A stretch of DNA of 64,000 nucleotides from assembly GCA_965237905.1 (NCBI GenBank), contig OZ250172.1:2240001-2304000 (forward strand), given 5' to 3'. A program made the position numbers and the translations under genes. Positions 19,498 to 30,617 of the stretch are shown in pieces (within the stretch, counting starts at the first letter, position 1; every line of letters starts with the position of its first letter). Origin of the DNA: Nitrospinaceae bacterium (GTDB taxonomy: Bacteria > Nitrospinota > Nitrospinia > Nitrospinales > Nitrospinaceae). The notes under the pieces were generated by a model. That model saw only the letters and a program-made list of their open reading frames with translations, was not told where the DNA came from and ran no database searches.

Positions 19498-21052
19498 ATT
19501 CCCACTCGATGGTGCCGGGGGGTTTGGAGCTGATGTCATAAACGACGCGGTTGACGCCTTTGACTTCGTTGATGATGCGGTTGGAAATTTTACCCAGGAG
19601 TTCGTAGGGAAGGGGCACCCAGTCGGCGGTCATGCCGTCGGTGCTGTTCACCGCGCGCAGGGCGACGACGTTTTCATAGGTCCGCGCGTCGCCCATCACG
19701 CCCACCGTTTTGACCGGCAAGAGTACTCCGAACGATTGCCAGATTTTTTTGTACAGTCCCGCCGCTTTGATTTCATCCAGAATAATCTTATCCGCCTCCT
19801 GCACGATGGTGATCCGCTCCGGCGTTACGTTGTCGATGATACGGATGGCCAGTCCCGGTCCGGGAAACGGTTGGCGGGAGATGATCTCGTCAGGCATGCC
19901 CATCTCGCGTCCCAGCGCGCGCACTTCGTCTTTGAACAACTCGCGCAGAGGTTCCACCAGTTCCATTTTCATGTTCTCCGGCAAGCCGCCGACGTTGTGG
20001 TGCGACTTGATCACCGCCGACGGACCTTTGAAGGAGACCGACTCGATCACGTCCGGGTACAGTGTGCCCTGCGCGAGGAACTTGAAGTCGCCCGCTTTCT
20101 TGGCTTCCTCCTCGAAGACGTGAATGAACGTGTTGCCGATGATCTTGCGTTTTTCTTCCGGATCGGTCACGCCCTTCAGCTTTTTCAGAAACCTCTGCGA
20201 TGCGTCGACGACCTTCAGGTTCATGTGAAAATGTTCGCGGAAGGTTTCTTCCACCTTGGTACGCTCCCCGGAGCGCAACAGCCCGTTGTCAACGAAGATA
20301 CAGATCAGCCTGTTGCCGATCGCCTTGTGCAGTAGCACGGCGACGACGGAAGAATCGACCCCGCCGCTCAGCCCTAACAGCACCTTGCCTTTTCCTACCT
20401 GGTCCTGAATACCTTTGATCGCATAATCGGCGAACGATTCCACTTTCCACAGCGGTTTGCATTTGCAGATATTAAAAAGAAAGTTCCGGATTATTTTGAT
20501 GCCTTCCTGGGTGTGGACCACCTCCGGGTGAAACTGCAGGCCGTAAATTTTGTCGATGTTGTTCTCCATGGCCGCTACCGGGGAGTTGTCGGTAAATGCC
20601 GTGGTCTGGAACCCTTTCGGCAATTTGGAGATACGGTCGCCATGGCTCATCCACACCACCGATTTGCTGTGGATATCTTTGAAGAGGTGGGAGAACGCTT
20701 TGACCATCAACTCGGCCCGGCCGAACTCACGTTCCTTTGCGGGATCGACCTCGCCCTCCAACAGGCGGGTGATCAACTGCATGCCGTAGCAGATGCCGAG
20801 TACCGGTACTCCCATCTTGAACAGTTTGGGGTCGACCAGCGGCGAGTCGTCTTCCATCACGCTGGCAGGTCCGCCCGACAAGATGATACCTTTCGGATTG
20901 AACGCCTCGATGGTTGAGAAATCGACCGTGCAAGGATGGATTTCGCAATACACCTCGCATTCGCGCACCTTGCGGGCGATGTTCTGTGTGTACTGCGATC
21001 CGAAATCGAGGATCAGGACTTTTTGCTCGTGGATGTCGTTGGTTTTGCTCAT
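19496..21052 (-). CDS. guaA: GMP synthase
   Basis: [35 protein letters not shown]. Confidence 0.99.
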   Translation of the reverse strand: MSKTNDIHEQKVLILDFGSQYTQNIARKVRECEVYCEIHPCTVDFSTIEAFNPKGIILSGGPASVMEDDSPLVDPKLFKMGVPVLGICYGMQLITRLLEGEVDPAKEREFGRAELMVKAFSHLFKDIHSKSVVWMSHGDRISKLPKGFQTTAFTDNSPVAAMENNIDKIYGLQFHPEVVHTQEGIKIIRNFLFNICKCKPLWKVESFADYAIKGIQDQVGKGKVLLGLSGGVDSSVVAVLLHKAIGNRLICIFVDNGLLRSGERTKVEETFREHFHMNLKVVDASQRFLKKLKGVTDPEEKRKIIGNTFIHVFEEEAKKAGDFKFLAQGTLYPDVIESVSFKGPSAVIKSHHNVGGLPENMKMELVEPLRELFKDEVRALGREMGMPDEIISRQPFPGPGLAIRIIDNVTPERITIVQEADKIILDEIKAAGLYKKIWQSFGVLLPVKTVGVMGDARTYENVVALRAVNSTDGMTADWVPLPYELLGKISNRIINEVKGVNRVVYDISSKPPGTIEWE

Positions 21053-21092
21053 ATAAGATATATTTTTCTTCTCAATAAATATTTACGGAACC

Positions 21093-21155
21093 GTGTCACC
21101 CTGAGCTTGTCGAAGGGCGGCACGGTGTCATACTTCGACAGGCTCAGCATGACAC
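21093..21155. repeat. REP doublet (REPIN-like)
   Basis: TGTCACCCTGAGCTTGTCGAAG ... CTTCGACAGGCTCAGCATGACA inverted pair; single copies at 38324 and 58761. Confidence 0.8.
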
Positions 21156-21309
21156 CGAATTATTAAAATAAAAAAACCAACCGGACCGTTGGTTTGAAGC
21201 TGACAACTTATTACTTTTGCACTCTAGATGTTCCGCCAATGAACATCATGGCGAAAGATTTTTTCAATCGCGCCCTCAAGCCTCGGCGTATTGGCCCTGC
21301 GCCGAGCAG

Positions 21310-22773
21310 TTATTCAATATTGTAATTGGGGGCTTCCTTGGTGACGATCACGTCGTGCACGTGGCTTTCCCGCAGGCCGGACGGCGTGATCTTGATAAAC
21401 GTGGACTGGGTGCGCAACTCCTGAATATCTTTGCATCCGCAATATCCCATGCCGGCCCTCAGCCCGCCCAGCAGTTGGTGGACGGTGAACTCCACCGATC
21501 CCCGGTAGGGGATGCGCGCTTCGACACCTTCCGGCACCAGCTTGCTTTCGTTGAGCCCCCGTTCCTGGAAGTAGCGGTCGCTACTACCGTCGGACATCGC
21601 CGCGATCGATCCCATGCCGCGGTACTCTTTGTAACTTCGCCCCTGATACAGAATTTTTTCTCCCGGGCTCTCCTCGGTTCCGGCGAACAGGGACCCGATC
21701 ATCACGCTCGATGCTCCGGCGGCGATGGCTTTGGTGATGTCTCCCGAATGACGGATACCGCCGTCGGAGATGATAGGAATGTCTTTCGCTTCCGCCACCT
21801 CGACGCATTTTTTAACAGCGGTGATCTGCGGCACGCCGACGCCCGTCACCACGCGGGTGGTGCAGATTGATCCCGGCCCGATACCCACCTTTACCGCGTC
21901 CGCCCCGGCTTTGATCAATGCTTCGGTGCCCTCCACGGTGGCGACGTTACCGCCGATGAGTTGCAGTTTCGGAAATGTCTTTTTGATGGCCTCAATCGTC
22001 TTCAGCACCTTGTCCGAATGTCCGTGGGCGCTGTCGATCACCAGCACGTCGAGGCCTACCTCGGCCATTTCGCCGATGTGTTCCATATAGTCGGACGAAA
22101 CACCCAAGGCCGCACCCACCAGCAGACGGCCTTTGTCATCCTTCGCGGAGTTCGGGTACTCGGTCGATTTCAAAATATCTTTGAGGGTGAGTAAACCCTT
22201 CAGGTTGCCTTTGGCATCGACCACGGGCAATTTTTCGATGCGGTGATCGTGCAGAAGTTTTTTGGATTGGTCCAGCGAGAGGCCTTCTTTGATGGTGACC
22301 AGTTTGTCCTTGGTCATCAGGGTGGACAGTTTTTTGCTGTGCTGGGTTTCGAAACGGATATCCCGGTTGGTGAGAATGCCCACCAGTTTTTTGCTCTGTG
22401 TGATGGGGATACCGGTGATGCTGTATTTGTCCATGATCTCGAGCGCTTCGCCCAGCGTTTGGTCCGGTCCCAGAGTGATGGGGTCGTCGATGACCACGCT
22501 GACGGCGCGCTTGACGCGATCGATCATCTTGCGTTGCTGGTTGGGCGCCAAGTTGCGGTGGATGATACCGATACCGCCCTCCTGCGCCAGAGCGATCGCC
22601 ATGCTGGCCTCGGTGACCGTGTCCATCGGCGCGCTCAACAGCGGGCAGTTCAATTTGATTTTCTGGGTCAGACGGGTGCTCAGATCGACATCTGCGGGAA
22701 GCACCTTGGAGTAGGCCGGCAGGAGCAATACATCGTCAAATGTGAGGTAGGTTTCCGGTTCTTTCGTTGCCAT
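21310..22773 (-). CDS. guaB: IMP dehydrogenase
   Basis: [11 protein letters not shown] pair, catalytic [16 protein letters not shown]. Confidence 0.99.
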   Translation of the reverse strand: MATKEPETYLTFDDVLLLPAYSKVLPADVDLSTRLTQKIKLNCPLLSAPMDTVTEASMAIALAQEGGIGIIHRNLAPNQQRKMIDRVKRAVSVVIDDPITLGPDQTLGEALEIMDKYSITGIPITQSKKLVGILTNRDIRFETQHSKKLSTLMTKDKLVTIKEGLSLDQSKKLLHDHRIEKLPVVDAKGNLKGLLTLKDILKSTEYPNSAKDDKGRLLVGAALGVSSDYMEHIGEMAEVGLDVLVIDSAHGHSDKVLKTIEAIKKTFPKLQLIGGNVATVEGTEALIKAGADAVKVGIGPGSICTTRVVTGVGVPQITAVKKCVEVAEAKDIPIISDGGIRHSGDITKAIAAGASSVMIGSLFAGTEESPGEKILYQGRSYKEYRGMGSIAAMSDGSSDRYFQERGLNESKLVPEGVEARIPYRGSVEFTVHQLLGGLRAGMGYCGCKDIQELRTQSTFIKITPSGLRESHVHDVIVTKEAPNYNIE

Positions 22774-23012
22774 TTGTGTGTGGGAAGGGGGGCGAATCCG
22801 GTACAAAAGGTCCGCACCTGTTCACAAAAAGTAATTCTATCACGCCTCCCTGTCCGATTTCACATTATTTTTCTCTTACCCGTTTCCTGCCCGGAGGGGG
22901 AATATGCTGACCGTTTCCTCCGAGAGAATGTCACTGGGCGCAAATCGTAGGGCAAACTGGGTCCAGCGTTACGCTGGCCCCTCAGGGCAGGAGTGTGTTA
23001 ACCTGATTATCT

Positions 23013-24458
23013 ATGAAACTTAAATCTCTATTCCAAATTTTGGTCGTAGGAATGGCGTTGTGCTGGGCCAGCGGGGCCTACGCGGTGCCGATTACGGATA
23101 CCGATGATTGGTCCGGTACCTATTACAAGGGTAACAAAATCGGTTTCAATCATGGCCGGGTCGAGGTGCGGCCGGGCAACATCGATGTCCATACCAAAAT
23201 GTATTTCCGGCTGAAATCGGGCAAGCAGGACCAATCGACGATATTAACCCAGGACACCACGCTGACTCCGGATTTGCGCTTGAAACATTTCGTCCTGCTC
23301 CAGGAAATCATGGGCAAACGGCAGGAGGTAGTGGGACGGGTCGAAGGCTCCAAGCTGATTGTGGAAGTCAGCGGCCGCGGGTTCCATAGAGAACAGTCGA
23401 TCGACTTCCCCCCGGGTATTCACCCCTCGGCCACCGTTTGGCTGACTATCATGAAAAACGGGCTTGAGGTCGGCAAGAAAGGCAAGCTCAAGCTGTTCCT
23501 CGAAGCGTTTCGGATGGTTATGCCCATGACCTATGAGATTTTGAGAAAAGAGACGATCCAATTTGACGGCAAGAAGGTAGAGACCTTCGTCGTTCAGCAG
23601 AAATTTTCCGGAATGACCACTACGCTGTGGGCCAATGCCCAGGGCCATGTGCTTCGGGAACTGTCGCTCAATGATTTCGAGTCGATCAAGGAGACGAAAG
23701 AAGTAGCGATCCGCATGGACGACCAGCCGATGTCGGTCAGCAGTTTCATCACGCTCAGCCTGGTTAAAATCAAAAAACCCATCACCTCATCGGATAATAA
23801 GGGAAGGCTGAAACTGAAACTTTCCAATGTGCACGGACCCAAGTCCATTCCGCAGGACCATCGGCAGAAGGTCCTCAAAACCGAAAAAAAAGGGGAGGAG
23901 TCCTACACCACCACCCTGCTGATCGAGCGGGAGCCGAGGGCGCCGGTCAAACTGGTGTCTCTGCCGGTCCCCACGAGCCGGTATAGGGATTACTTGAAGG
24001 ACGCACCTGAAATCCAGGTCCAGCATCCTATGATCCAAACCCTGGCACAGGATCTGGTGGCGGGGCAGAAGGATGCCTGGCAAGCCGCCAAGCTCATCAG
24101 CACCTGGGTCTATGACAACCTCGACAAAGTGCTGGTGGATTCCTTCACTGCGCTGGATGCCCTGCACGACCGGCGCGGCGAATGCCAGTCCCACACCAAC
24201 CTGTTCACCGCGCTGGCGCGGGCGGCAGGCATTCCCACCAAGGTCGTCAATGGATTGGTGTACTCCCAGGAGTTCAAAGGATTCCTCTACCATGCCTGGC
24301 CGGAAGTCTGGGTCGGCGAATGGCGGGCGCTGGACCCCACCCTGGGCCAGCATCATGTGGACGCCACCCACATCAAGCTCTCCGAAGGCAATTACGCCGG
24401 GGCGCTGAAGCTGATGGAATTCATCGGCCAGGTTAATATTGAGCTGTTAGAGCAGTAG
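23013..24458 (+). CDS. Secreted transglutaminase-like domain protein
   Basis: Signal peptide; Cys-His-Asp triad GECQSH, YHAWPEVW, WRALDPT. Confidence 0.88.
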   Translation: MKLKSLFQILVVGMALCWASGAYAVPITDTDDWSGTYYKGNKIGFNHGRVEVRPGNIDVHTKMYFRLKSGKQDQSTILTQDTTLTPDLRLKHFVLLQEIMGKRQEVVGRVEGSKLIVEVSGRGFHREQSIDFPPGIHPSATVWLTIMKNGLEVGKKGKLKLFLEAFRMVMPMTYEILRKETIQFDGKKVETFVVQQKFSGMTTTLWANAQGHVLRELSLNDFESIKETKEVAIRMDDQPMSVSSFITLSLVKIKKPITSSDNKGRLKLKLSNVHGPKSIPQDHRQKVLKTEKKGEESYTTTLLIEREPRAPVKLVSLPVPTSRYRDYLKDAPEIQVQHPMIQTLAQDLVAGQKDAWQAAKLISTWVYDNLDKVLVDSFTALDALHDRRGECQSHTNLFTALARAAGIPTKVVNGLVYSQEFKGFLYHAWPEVWVGEWRALDPTLGQHHVDATHIKLSEGNYAGALKLMEFIGQVNIELLEQ

Positions 24459-24789
24459 CATCCCTCCCGCAATCCCTTGCATTTTATACGAAAACCGACC
24501 ACCCAAAATTTATCCACAGGCTTCCAATGTCTAAATGAGGTGGTTTAAAAGGGCTATAGGCTGGTTATCCTCATTTCATGGGAGAATAAACGGTAGGCAT
24601 GCTTTTCAAGCTTATTTGATATGCTGAAAGCGCTCGACACCCCCGGAAAACCCTGTTATCTCTGTGAATTACGCACCTTCCACAGCTGCTTTAATTTTCC
24701 CTATCTATCAGATTTAAAAGGAGCTATAACGTAACTACCTAAATTCAAAGGGATTTAAAACACGCCACATTGAGTAGACGGTTTTTGAG

Positions 24790-24817
24790 TTGACACCCCA
24801 ATATATAGTGATATGTT
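24790..24817 (+). promoter_or_regulatory. Sigma70-type promoter with embedded NrdR-like box (copy 1)
   Basis: TTGACA-CCCCAATATATAGTGA-TATGTT; the spacer matches the NrdR consensus acaCwAtATaTwGtg. Confidence 0.65.
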
Positions 24818-25011
24818 TGATATTCGGCTTACTAGCGTCGCCAAAAAAAATCCCTATAGAGTTTGGTACTTTGGAGGGTACGGACTCTATAGGGATTGAG
24901 TTGGCACATCCTATTTATCTTGGTTTGACAGAAGGACAGCCCACTGCCTTTTACAAAATTTGTTGGTCCTCTGTCAAATTTTTTTAAAATTATTTGTTAA
25001 ACGGAGGGTTT

Positions 25012-25221
25012 ATGTACAGGCAGGTAACTACTGTAAAAGTTAGAACGATTTGTGATGGTTGTTGGAATGAAAATATTAATAATTTTGAACCCTCAGGTAT
25101 TCCTGGAGAAATCCGCTGTTCTTGTGGAACTATAAATTATCGAGATGTTTTTCCAGAATTTACGTCCACTGACGGAGTTTTATATTTTAAGATTATCAAT
25201 TCTGTGTACATTCAAAATTAA
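25012..25221 (+). CDS. Small (69 aa) putative zinc-ribbon protein
   Basis: GGAGG RBS; CDGC...CSCG; downstream of promoter copy 1. Confidence 0.55.
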   Translation: MYRQVTTVKVRTICDGCWNENINNFEPSGIPGEIRCSCGTINYRDVFPEFTSTDGVLYFKIINSVYIQN

Positions 25222-25641
25222 TACTTTGCAATTGTTTAAAATGTTGATTGTTGGGAATTGGAGCAACAGGTAGCCCCATATGTTGTGGTGCTATATTTAA
25301 TTTCCCTATATGATTTTTTAGATTTTTAATATATTGAAAAATTGATAGTTCCAATTTTTAAAAAACTTTCCACAGTTTACTAAGGCAGAAATTAAGGGAA
25401 TTAGCCCCCTTCCTAACTTTTCCCTCTGTTTTTTATTTGGTAAATCATAAAGAGAAACTTACCAAGCCCAACTTAGGCTCTCCATCAATATAACCCCTTC
25501 TCAAACCCCAAGAAACCAAGTTAATAATTAATTAATTTAGATTTTTACCTATTTCTAGCTTTAAGTAAAAAAGAGCTAAATTTATAAACCCTTATGGCTA
25601 AAAGGGTTGAAAAGTCGACGCAATTTATGGGTAAATTTCAG

Positions 25642-25669
25642 TTGACACCACAATATATAGTGGTATGTT
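25642..25669 (+). promoter_or_regulatory. nrdJ promoter with NrdR box (copy 2)
   Basis: TTGACA-CCACAATATATAGTGG-TATGTT about 230 bp upstream of a ribonucleotide reductase. Confidence 0.8.
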
Positions 25670-25692
25670 TATCAACAAGATACCAAGTTTGG

Positions 25693-25754
25693 TATTGACA
25701 TAGGCTTTATGCTGGAACTGCGTAAGCAGTTCCAGCATAAAGCCTATGTCAATA
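25693..25754. repeat. Perfect 29-bp inverted repeat with GTAA loop
   Basis: TATTGACATAGGCTTTATGCTGGAACTGC-GTAA-GCAGTTCCAGCATAAAGCCTATGTCAATA. Confidence 0.95.
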
Positions 25755-25829
25755 AAATGTGACTGAACTGAATTCAATTAGCTCTAGATCTTTAATAAGC
25801 ATAAAGTTACGACATTAAAAGTATAAAAA

Positions 25830-25860
25830 AATTCCTCGATAGGGAAACTATCGAGGAATT
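25830..25860. repeat. Perfect 13-bp hairpin in the nrdJ leader
   Basis: AATTCCTCGATAG-GGAAA-CTATCGAGGAATT. Confidence 0.9.
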
Positions 25861-25895
25861 AGAAACTTTATTTAAGCTACTTTTTGGAGAGATTC

Positions 25896-28800
25896 ATGCA
25901 TATTCACCGCGCTTTTACCCAGGGTTTAGACGATGCCTACAGTGGCCTCACTTTTGAAGAACGGACCTCGAGAATTATCAACGCCGACGGTTCGGTAGTT
26001 TCTGAGATCGATAATGTAGGTGTGCCCAGTATGTGGTCACAGATGGCGGTGGACATCATGGCCCAGAAATATTTCCGCAAAGCCGGTGTTCCGGCACGCA
26101 CCAAAAAGCGATATGAAGCGGGTGTTCCCGAATGGCTGTGTCCTTCCGAAGCGGATATCGAAGCTCTTTCCCAACTGCCCGAAGGGGAACGGTTTGGAAG
26201 CGAGACTGATTCGCGCCAAGTGTTTCGCCGGCTGGCCGGGTGCTGGACCTACTGGGGATGGAAGAGCGGATGCTTCAGCAATGAAGATGCCGCCCGCGCT
26301 TATTATGACGATATGCGTTACATGTTGGCCCACCAGTATGCCGCGCCCAATTCCCCGCAGTGGTTCAACACCGGATTGAACTGGGCTTACGGAGTTGAAG
26401 GACCGGCGCAGGGCCATTACTTCACCAATCCGGAAACCGGCCTGCCCGAAAAATCGAAAACCGCCTACGAACGGCCGCAACCGCATGCCTGCTTCATTCT
26501 TTCCGTCAGCGATGACTTGGTGAACGAAGGCGGCATCATGGACCTGTGGCAACAGGAAGCGCGTCTATTCAAATACGGGTCCGGTACTGGCACCAATTTT
26601 TCGAAACTGCGCGGAGCGGGAGAATCCTTGTCCGGCGGTGGCCAATCGTCCGGCCTGATGAGTTTTCTGAAGATCGGTGACCGCGCGGCAGGCGCCATCA
26701 AATCCGGCGGCACCACACGCCGCGCCGCCAAGATGGTTACCCTCGACATCGACCACCCCGATATCGAAGAGTTCATCGAATGGAAAGTTAAGGAAGAGCG
26801 CAAAGTCGCCGCACTGGCGGTGGGGAGCAAGTTGTGCCGCAAGCATCTCAAGAACGTTTTGCAGTCCTGCTGGGACTGGAATGACGAAGAGAACCGGTTC
26901 AACATTCACTCCAATAAGAAACTGCGCAAGGCAGTGCGGGCAGCGGTGCGCGATTTCATTCCGGAAAACTATCTGTACCGCATCATCCAGTTGGGGACGC
27001 AGGGCGTGCGCGACGTCGAGTTCGAGGAATACGACACCAATTGGACCTCGGAAGCCTACCAGACGGTATCGGGCCAGAACTCCAACAACTCGGTGCGCCT
27101 GACCAACGATTTTTTGAAGGCGGTCGAAAACGACAGGACGTGGGACCTCACCTCCCGCACCAGCGGCAAAGCGGTTAAAACCGTAAAAGCCCGCGATTTG
27201 TGGGAGAAGGTCAACGAATCGTCCTGGGCCTCTGCAGATCCCGGCGTGCAGTTCGACACCACGGTCAACGAGTGGCATACCTGTCCGGAAGGCGGCCGCA
27301 TCAACGCGTCCAATCCCTGCTCGGAATACATGTTTTTGGACGACACCGCGTGCAACCTCGCTTCGATCAACCTGATCCAGTTTTATAACGAGGAGAGCGG
27401 ACAATTCGACGTGCCCCGGTTCATCGAAGCCTGCCGGTTGTGGACGCTGACGCTTGAAATTTCCGTGGCCATGGCGCAGTTTCCGAACAAGGCCATCGCG
27501 CAGAAAAGTTATGAGTACCGCACTCTGGGTCTCGGTTACGCTAACCTCGGAACCCTGCTGATGGTTCAGGGGATTGCTTACGATTCGAAAGAAGCGCTGG
27601 CCATCACCGGTGCGATCACGGCATTGATGACGGGTACCTCGTACGCCATGTCCGCCGAAATGGCGGCCGAGCTGGGGCCGTTCTCACGGTACGAGGCCAA
27701 CAAGAAACACATGTTGCGGGTGATCCGTAACCATCGCCGCGCCGCTTACAACTGCGATTCCTACGAGTACGAAGGCCTCACCACCTTCCCGCAGGGCATC
27801 GACGCCGCGTATTGTCCCGAATATCTCCGGACCGCGGCGGTAGAGTCGTGGGACCGCGCTCTGGAGTTGGGTGTTCGTCACGGCTACCGCAATGCACAGA
27901 CCACCTGTATCGCCCCGACCGGCACCATCGGCTTGTTGATGGATTGCGACACCACAGGCATCGAGCCCGACTTCGCACTGGTCAAGTATAAGAAACTGGC
28001 AGGTGGGGGTTACTTTAAGATCATCAACCAATCGGTGCCCATGGCGCTGAGGAAGCTGGGATATCTGGAACCGGAGATCAATGATATCGTCAGCTATTGC
28101 GTGGGTTCGGGTAGTCTCGCCATGTCCCCGATCATCAACCACGAATCGTTGAGGTCCAAAGGCTTTACCGACGAGGTGCTGGAGAAGGTAGAAAAAGAAT
28201 TACCGAAAGCGTTCGACATAACGTTTGCCTTCAACAGACATGTTATCGGGGAGACCTTCTGCAAGGAGACTCTAGGCATCAAAGAAGAGTTGTTGGACGA
28301 TTTCAGATTCAACATGCTCAAGTATTTGGGATTCTCCGATGACGACATCTGCATGGCCAACGACGCGGTGTGCGGCACCATGACTATTGAAGGCGCGCCG
28401 CACTTGGATGAAAAACATTACCCGATCTTCGACTGCGCCAACAAGTGCGGCAAGTACGGCAAGCGGTTTATCCGTCACGAAGCGCATATTCATAAAATGG
28501 CCGCCGCCCAGCCGTTTATTTCCGGCGCGATCTCCAAGACCATCAACATGCCCAACAGCTCCTCGGTCAAGGAGGTGGAAACCGCTCACATGCAATCGTG
28601 GAAATTGATGCTCAAAGGAACGGCGGTTTATCGCGATGGGTCCAAACTCAGCCAGCCGCTCAACAGTGTGGCGGCAGACGACTTCAAGCTGTCCACGCTG
28701 GAGGATGAAGAGGAAAAAACGCCTCTCAAGGTGGCGGAGGAAATGGTGCAACAGGTCATGAAGCGCCATACCCTGCCTCACCGCCGGAAAGGCTACACGC

Positions 28801-29537
28801 AAAAAGCGGTGGTTGGCGGACACAAGGTGTATCTGCGCACAGGTGAATACCACGACGGCACGTTGGGTGAAATTTTCATCGACATGCACAAGGAAGGCGC
28901 GGCCTACAGAAGTTTGATGAACTGCTTCGCCATCGCCATTTCCCTCGGCCTGCAACACGGCGTGCCGCTTGAAGAATTTGTCGATGCGTTCGTCTTTACC
29001 CGGTTCGAGCCCAACGGCATCGTGACCGGCAATGACCGAATTTCCATGTCGACTTCGACGATTGATTATATTTTCCGGGAGCTTGCCATCAATTACCTGG
29101 GTCGGAACGATCTGGCCCAGGTAACTCCTGAAGACCTGCGCTCCGACGCACTTCAGAAAAACGAAGAGATGTCGCCAGGAGATCAAAAAGGACAGGAAGC
29201 AGGAGACGAGGGCAAGATCATAGAGCTGGACTTGGGAGTCGAAGAAGAACCGACGGACTCGCCGACCGAAACATCAGAGCCTCATCCGGTTGACGGGAAT
29301 GGCAACGGTCATGGAAAATCCAACGGTGGATCCAATGGAGGCACCAACGGCGGTATGGCCGTTCAGGCCCTGGGAACCGTGGTTCTCACCAACCGCAGTA
29401 CGAAAAACGGCTCCGCGTTAGCCAAGTTGAAAGGTTACGAAGGTGACCCGTGCGGTGAGTGCGGTCAACTCACCCTGGTCCGAAACGGCACCTGCTTGAA
29501 ATGTTTGTCCTGCGGTGCAACGTCCGGGTGTTCATAA
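25896..29537 (+). CDS. nrdJ: Vitamin B12-dependent (class II) ribonucleotide reductase
   Basis: [41 protein letters not shown]-like domain, C-terminal [22 protein letters not shown]. Confidence 0.97.
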   Translation: MHIHRAFTQGLDDAYSGLTFEERTSRIINADGSVVSEIDNVGVPSMWSQMAVDIMAQKYFRKAGVPARTKKRYEAGVPEWLCPSEADIEALSQLPEGERFGSETDSRQVFRRLAGCWTYWGWKSGCFSNEDAARAYYDDMRYMLAHQYAAPNSPQWFNTGLNWAYGVEGPAQGHYFTNPETGLPEKSKTAYERPQPHACFILSVSDDLVNEGGIMDLWQQEARLFKYGSGTGTNFSKLRGAGESLSGGGQSSGLMSFLKIGDRAAGAIKSGGTTRRAAKMVTLDIDHPDIEEFIEWKVKEERKVAALAVGSKLCRKHLKNVLQSCWDWNDEENRFNIHSNKKLRKAVRAAVRDFIPENYLYRIIQLGTQGVRDVEFEEYDTNWTSEAYQTVSGQNSNNSVRLTNDFLKAVENDRTWDLTSRTSGKAVKTVKARDLWEKVNESSWASADPGVQFDTTVNEWHTCPEGGRINASNPCSEYMFLDDTACNLASINLIQFYNEESGQFDVPRFIEACRLWTLTLEISVAMAQFPNKAIAQKSYEYRTLGLGYANLGTLLMVQGIAYDSKEALAITGAITALMTGTSYAMSAEMAAELGPFSRYEANKKHMLRVIRNHRRAAYNCDSYEYEGLTTFPQGIDAAYCPEYLRTAAVESWDRALELGVRHGYRNAQTTCIAPTGTIGLLMDCDTTGIEPDFALVKYKKLAGGGYFKIINQSVPMALRKLGYLEPEINDIVSYCVGSGSLAMSPIINHESLRSKGFTDEVLEKVEKELPKAFDITFAFNRHVIGETFCKETLGIKEELLDDFRFNMLKYLGFSDDDICMANDAVCGTMTIEGAPHLDEKHYPIFDCANKCGKYGKRFIRHEAHIHKMAAAQPFISGAISKTINMPNSSSVKEVETAHMQSWKLMLKGTAVYRDGSKLSQPLNSVAADDFKLSTLEDEEEKTPLKVAEEMVQQVMKRHTLPHRRKGYTQKAVVGGHKVYLRTGEYHDGTLGEIFIDMHKEGAAYRSLMNCFAIAISLGLQHGVPLEEFVDAFVFTRFEPNGIVTGNDRISMSTSTIDYIFRELAINYLGRNDLAQVTPEDLRSDALQKNEEMSPGDQKGQEAGDEGKIIELDLGVEEEPTDSPTETSEPHPVDGNGNGHGKSNGGSNGGTNGGMAVQALGTVVLTNRSTKNGSALAKLKGYEGDPCGECGQLTLVRNGTCLKCLSCGATSGCS

Positions 29538-29574
29538 GTTAATCCCCTCCGAATCGTCCGGAGCATCGTGGCTT

Positions 29575-29622
29575 AAGGGCCAGATCCTTATTTACCCTGC
29601 CAAAGTAAGGATCTGGCCTTTT
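29575..29622. terminator. Terminator between convergent genes
   Basis: GGCCAGATCCTTA...TAAGGATCTGGCC-TTTT. Confidence 0.8.
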
Positions 29623-29639
29623 CTTATTTGAAACCCGCT

Positions 29640-30617
29640 TCAGTCCTGAAGCGGGTTTTCTGTTTGGAAATCAGTTTCGGGATTGACCGATTTGGCGCAA
29701 CGGAAACCGAAGGTCGGATTGTTGATGTTGGGATCGGCCAGGTTGCGGTAAGAAATGGTGGCCATCTCCGGCGGACTCCTCCAGCCACCTCCTTTAGCCA
29801 GATACAGAGAATTGCTTTGCAATCCCGGTTGGGATTCCGCAAGCGATGAAAGCATCACCGGTGTGCTCACCCATTCCCACACATTGCCGATCATATCCAA
29901 CGCCCCGAACGGGCTGGCACCCTTTGGCAAGGAGCCGGGCGGTGCGGCATTCACGAACCCGTCTTGATCTCCCTGGATATTTCCGAATCCCTCCAAGGGT
30001 TGATCTCCCCAGGGCAATAAATGCTCCGAGGTTCCGCGGGCGGCCGCTTCCCATTCGTTTTCCGTCGGCAGACGTTTTCCTGCCCATTGGCAATACCGTT
30101 GGGCATTGAACCAGTTGACCGCCATAGCCGGACACTGCGGACATGCCTCGCCGCCGGTGTAGAGTGTTTCATCGTAGTCCGGGTTGAATTGCTTGTATTG
30201 CGCCACCGTGATTTCTGCCCGGTCGATCAAAAACTCCGGCACGGTTTTGTGTTCGAGTCGCCGGTTTTGCCCCACTTGAAATGAGGACACATTTTCCGAG
30301 GGAACCCAGTAAGACCCGGACGGAACCCGGACCAGTATCGATTGATCCTTGTGATGGATCACAGTCGGCAGGCGGAATGTTCTGGGAATTTTCGAAGTGG
30401 GTGCGGGTCTGATCGTGGGCCGGGTATATTGAACCGTCGCTTTTGGCTTGGATTGTTTGGGAGTGGGTGCAGGGACGGTTTTGCCTGGCTGATGTTTGGT
30501 TTCAGGAAATAGGGTTCCGTGTTGGGTCCGCTGGTGAGAACGGGTCCGCTTATCGGAGGAAGTCGCACAGCCTGAAACAAAAAGCACCGTCAACAACAGG
30601 ATACCTGCAAACTTCAC
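29640..30617 (-). CDS. FGE-sulfatase-fold lipoprotein
   Basis: Lipobox VSGC, Pro-rich linker, RLPTENEWEAAARG, DMIGNVWEW, GFRC. Confidence 0.88.
   Translation of the reverse strand: MKFAGILLLTVLFVSGCATSSDKRTRSHQRTQHGTLFPETKHQPGKTVPAPTPKQSKPKATVQYTRPTIRPAPTSKIPRTFRLPTVIHHKDQSILVRVPSGSYWVPSENVSSFQVGQNRRLEHKTVPEFLIDRAEITVAQYKQFNPDYDETLYTGGEACPQCPAMAVNWFNAQRYCQWAGKRLPTENEWEAAARGTSEHLLPWGDQPLEGFGNIQGDQDGFVNAAPPGSLPKGASPFGALDMIGNVWEWVSTPVMLSSLAESQPGLQSNSLYLAKGGGWRSPPEMATISYRNLADPNINNPTFGFRCAKSVNPETDFQTENPLQD

Noticed and set aside
19451..20335. Long antisense ORFs here and opposite nrdJ, arsM and the oxidoreductases
   Set aside because: Shadow frames of GC3-rich genes with no motifs or RBS.
22774..23012. 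Purine riboswitch before guaB
   Set aside because: No matching conserved core seen on either strand.
25670..25895. Cobalamin riboswitch before nrdJ
   Set aside because: No recognisable B12 box or GGGAA/GCCACTG core arrangement; the region is AT-rich simple hairpins.
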